DNA of 26,310 nucleotides. Source: a virus. Its lineage: Duplodnaviria; Caudoviricetes. The notes under the pieces are model-generated. The model saw nothing but the letters and a program-made list of their open reading frames with translations, did not search any database and was not told the DNA's origin. Both the position numbers and the translations under genes were made by a program. The stretch spans positions 1 to 26,310 of IMG/VR virus record IMGVR_UViG_3300030330_000631; one strand, given 5' to 3'. Below are positions 23,333-26,310 of this stretch, piece after piece. The first letter of the stretch is position 1, and every line of letters begins with the position of its first letter.

Positions 23333-26310
23333 GAAGATTAGATGAAAAAGTTTATAGCTATGATCCAAAGCTAAGATTTACTGAACAAGTATTTCCAGAT
23401 CAAGCACAGAGTCCTTCTTGGTTTGATACTCTTAATGCTTCTCTTGCCTATCAATATCAACCTTATATAAATGCAATGCACAATCGCAGTCGTTATGCGC
23501 GTATTCAACCTGATCCAGAATATGTACCAGCGGATGATATTGAAGGCTATGAACAGTATAAAAATGATTTGCTACATGCAAAAACAAAAGAACACATGAA
23601 TGATCTAAAAGCACAAATAGATCATATGAAGCAAACACGAGAAACTATTGCTAACTCTTCACTAATGAATCAATTTACAACCCAGCTATTTGATCCTATT
23701 AATTTATTTGCTTTGCCTTTTGGCGGCCCAACTCTAGGTATAGCTAAGTCAGCAATTAGAGTTGGAGCTGGTGCTACTGTTATTCAAGCTCCGCTCGAGG
23801 CTGGTAGACAAATCTATGATCCTACTTCTACACCAGCAGAGTCAGTAATAAATATGGGAACTACTTTTGCTATTGGTTCTACTTTGGGCGGTTTGTTGGC
23901 AGTGCCAAGTACAATGAGAGCAAACACATTCTTAAAAACTCAACAAGAAATATCTGAGATGAATAATGCTATAGCCTTAACATCACCAGAACAAAGACTG
24001 CAAATAGGTAATAGAGATATAAGAATATTTGATCCAGAAGGATTGAAGATAGATATGAATAGGTTTTCTGATGCTGATGTACAACGACTAACTAATGAGT
24101 TTGAGGCAAAGGCATATTTGCAAACAGAGTTTGGTTTTTTTGATACTAAAGTTACTCAAGACTTTTCTAAATATATGAAAGGTGAAAATGCATTACGCAC
24201 ACTCGAAACTAAAAAAGGTGCGCCTAAGAGTGCCTATAGCCTAAAAGAAAATTTATTTACACGAAGCTGGTTGTATAAAGGTATAACTACACCATTCAAA
24301 AGAACTCTACAAAATAAACGTATAAGCCAAGAAACAAAGTTTGATTTTATTAGGCTAATGGGAGATCACGGTGTTGCTATGGAGGGCAACCAAGTTGGTG
24401 TTAAAACTCCTCATTCTGTCTATATCAAGGCATCTGAATATGAAGGAGAGTGGGTAGCAGTACATGACCAGCTTATGACTTTGTATGGAGAAGCATCAGG
24501 TAAAGGTAAACCATTCGGTGCATCTTTTGATTATGGTACATTCTTTCGTAGAGGTTATGATGATTGGCTTTCTGAAACATGGAAAAAGAGTTTACTGCAA
24601 CCAGATAATCTTAATGAAATAGAAGAAGCAGCAGTGCAAGCATGGAATGGATTCTTTGATAAATGGGATGATAGATTGCAAGCATCTGGTCTAATTGCTA
24701 ATGAGGCTAATCTATCTGCAAGAAATAGACAATTATCTACTGTTCTTGATGACTATGGTAAGGAATATAACTTAACTAAAACTATCAAATTAAAATCTGG
24801 TGAAGAGATTAAACAGCCATTATCTGCAAGAGTTGATGATAAAATAAGTGAAGTATTTGAAGAGTTAGATAATAATACATCTATTAAACCTAATGAAAGA
24901 AACATACTTAAAAATCAGATAGCAAAACTAAAAGACGAGAGAGATCAGGTTAGAGCTAATCTTAAAAAACAAGAAGGCGATGTACCATTGCCAACTCTTA
25001 AAGAAAAGTTTTTCCCTCGATTCTGGAATAAGCAAGCTATCAATGATCGTATGGAAGACTTTAAAGAGATACTTAGAAAGCATTTTAAAACAAAAGCCTA
25101 TGATATTGTTAAGACAACTACACCTCGAGGTAATGTTAAGTTTGAAAGACAGCTGGTAAATCTATCAGAAAAAGAAATAGAATCTAAGATAGATGCTACC
25201 ATAAATAAGATACTCTATGGACAAGACGATCCTATGGCTGATGATGCAATATTCTATGGGTATGGTAAGTCTAAGCATTTTAAACATAGACAGATTGAGA
25301 TAGCAAATAGTGAGGTTGTAGATTTTATAATACAGAATCCAGTGCAAGTTATGATGGCATACACGAATCGAACAGCGGCACAACATGAGTTTGTAAAAAG
25401 CTTTGGTCATGCTGATCCTGAGATTGTTGCTAATAATATTCTTCTCCGTGAAGCTAAACAAGGAATGGATATAAATAATATAAATAAACTTAGAAGAGAT
25501 TTTTTGCATAGCTATGATCGTGTTGCTGGTGTTGTCTTGCAGAATCCAGAAGCACTCAGTAATAGAATAGCTGATGTACTAAAGAACCTTGCTACTCTTA
25601 ACTATCTTGGTAGTGCTGGTTTCTCTACTCTTCCTGATGCCGCGGCAATCATGATGACTAATGAACTAAAGCCTTTGTTTAAGCAGTTATTTAGAGTTTT
25701 AAATGATGAGCGTGTTCGTATGAATGCTAATGAAGCACGACTTGCTGGAGAAATGCTGGAGATTCTAAAAGGCGATGTGCATATGCGTCTTATGGAAGAT
25801 AGCATGAATAATGTTTTTAATAATGGGATTGTATCAAAAACTAAGAATGTTTTCTTTCAATTAAATCTATTAGGTCCAATGACACGCATTATGAAGCATA
25901 TGTCATCTATGGCACACTCTCATACTATTATTGATTACTCTGTAAAAATGGCACAGAAAAGAGCATCTAATCTAGAACTAGAATATTTATCACGATATGG
26001 AATGGACTTAGACGATGCTAAAAAGATAGATCAGCTTGTTAAAGATAATGTTATTGAGAATAGTAATGGTTTTTATTTAGCCAATACCAAAGCCTGGAAG
26101 GATGAAAATACAGCTAGAATGTTTAGGAGAACTCTTAATGCTACTGTAAAGAATACTGTACTTATGGGGTCACCAGCAGATAAACCAATAAATGTTGATG
26201 GTGTTTTTTATATTCCTATGCGTGTTGCTAGGATGATGGGTATGAAAGAGGATAGACGAATAAAAGGCTATGCTCGAGTAGAGAACGCTTTGATTGGATT
26301 GCCATTTCAA
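23329..26310 (+). CDS. Large internal virion (ejection) protein, gp16-like, truncated at the window end
   Basis: Absent from the ORF track, consistent with no stop in the window. ATGA overlap at 23329; frame reads MRRLDEKVYSY...ENALIGLPFQ (994 codons, spot-checked rather than fully translated). Confidence 0.75.
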   Translation, partial: MRRLDEKVYSYDPKLRFTEQVFPDQAQSPSWFDTLNASLAYQYQPYINAMHNRSRYARIQPDPEYVPADDIEGYEQYKNDLLHAKTKEHMNDLKAQIDHMKQTRETIANSSLMNQFTTQLFDPINLFALPFGGPTLGIAKSAIRVGAGATVIQAPLEAGRQIYDPTSTPAESVINMGTTFAIGSTLGGLLAVPSTMRANTFLKTQQEISEMNNAIALTSPEQRLQIGNRDIRIFDPEGLKIDMNRFSDADVQRLTNEFEAKAYLQTEFGFFDTKVTQDFSKYMKGENALRTLETKKGAPKSAYSLKENLFTRSWLYKGITTPFKRTLQNKRISQETKFDFIRLMGDHGVAMEGNQVGVKTPHSVYIKASEYEGEWVAVHDQLMTLYGEASGKGKPFGASFDYGTFFRRGYDDWLSETWKKSLLQPDNLNEIEEAAVQAWNGFFDKWDDRLQASGLIANEANLSARNRQLSTVLDDYGKEYNLTKTIKLKSGEEIKQPLSARVDDKISEVFEELDNNTSIKPNERNILKNQIAKLKDERDQVRANLKKQEGDVPLPTLKEKFFPRFWNKQAINDRMEDFKEILRKHFKTKAYDIVKTTTPRGNVKFERQLVNLSEKEIESKIDATINKILYGQDDPMADDAIFYGYGKSKHFKHRQIEIANSEVVDFIIQNPVQVMMAYTNRTAAQHEFVKSFGHADPEIVANNILLREAKQGMDINNINKLRRDFLHSYDRVAGVVLQNPEALSNRIADVLKNLATLNYLGSAGFSTLPDAAAIMMTNELKPLFKQLFRVLNDERVRMNANEARLAGEMLEILKGDVHMRLMEDSMNNVFNNGIVSKTKNVFFQLNLLGPMTRIMKHMSSMAHSHTIIDYSVKMAQKRASNLELEYLSRYGMDLDDAKKIDQLVKDNVIENSNGFYLANTKAWKDENTARMFRRTLNATVKNTVLMGSPADKPINVDGVFYIPMRVARMMGMKEDRRIKGYARVENALIGLPFQ

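Noticed and set aside
188-25805. Numerous short opposite-strand or alternative-frame ORFs inside well-supported genes (for example 811..1011, 2203..2445, 8863..9171, 9570..9884, 19063..19338, 25165..25509)
   Set aside because: Shadow ORFs without RBS or recognisable motifs.

Overview
This is a 26.3-kb, AT-rich segment of a tailed dsDNA phage genome with a podovirus-type (T7/BPP-1-like) virion module. A marine alphaproteobacterial host is my inference. Left to right the window holds: the end of a + strand lysis cassette (holin-like genes, M15 peptidase endolysin); a complete - strand early region (1196-8353: SSB, Rad52-like annealing protein, YqaJ exonuclease, Hjc-like resolvase, HTH regulators, hypotheticals) in which I recognise no polymerase, primase, helicase or RNA polymerase; a structured divergent non-coding region; and a + strand late region (terS, a run of tiny basic proteins, terL, portal, scaffold, gp13-like protein, capsid, tail adaptor and nozzle, three ejection proteins, the last truncated by the window end). 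The strongest unexplained signals are non-coding. (1) A hairpin at the ssb 3' end exposes an anti-Shine-Dalgarno loop, and its sequence is the reverse complement of the RBS plus start codon shared by four early genes, which makes it a candidate multi-target antisense RNA. (2) Long imperfect fold-backs lie on the template strand directly upstream of early genes and carry promoter-like boxes, resembling Frpo-type single-strand promoters. (3) The capsid leader contains a nested double ACAA-bulge motif. (4) GCWGC appears to be avoided across the window. All family assignments are by motif recognition and synteny; no searches were run.
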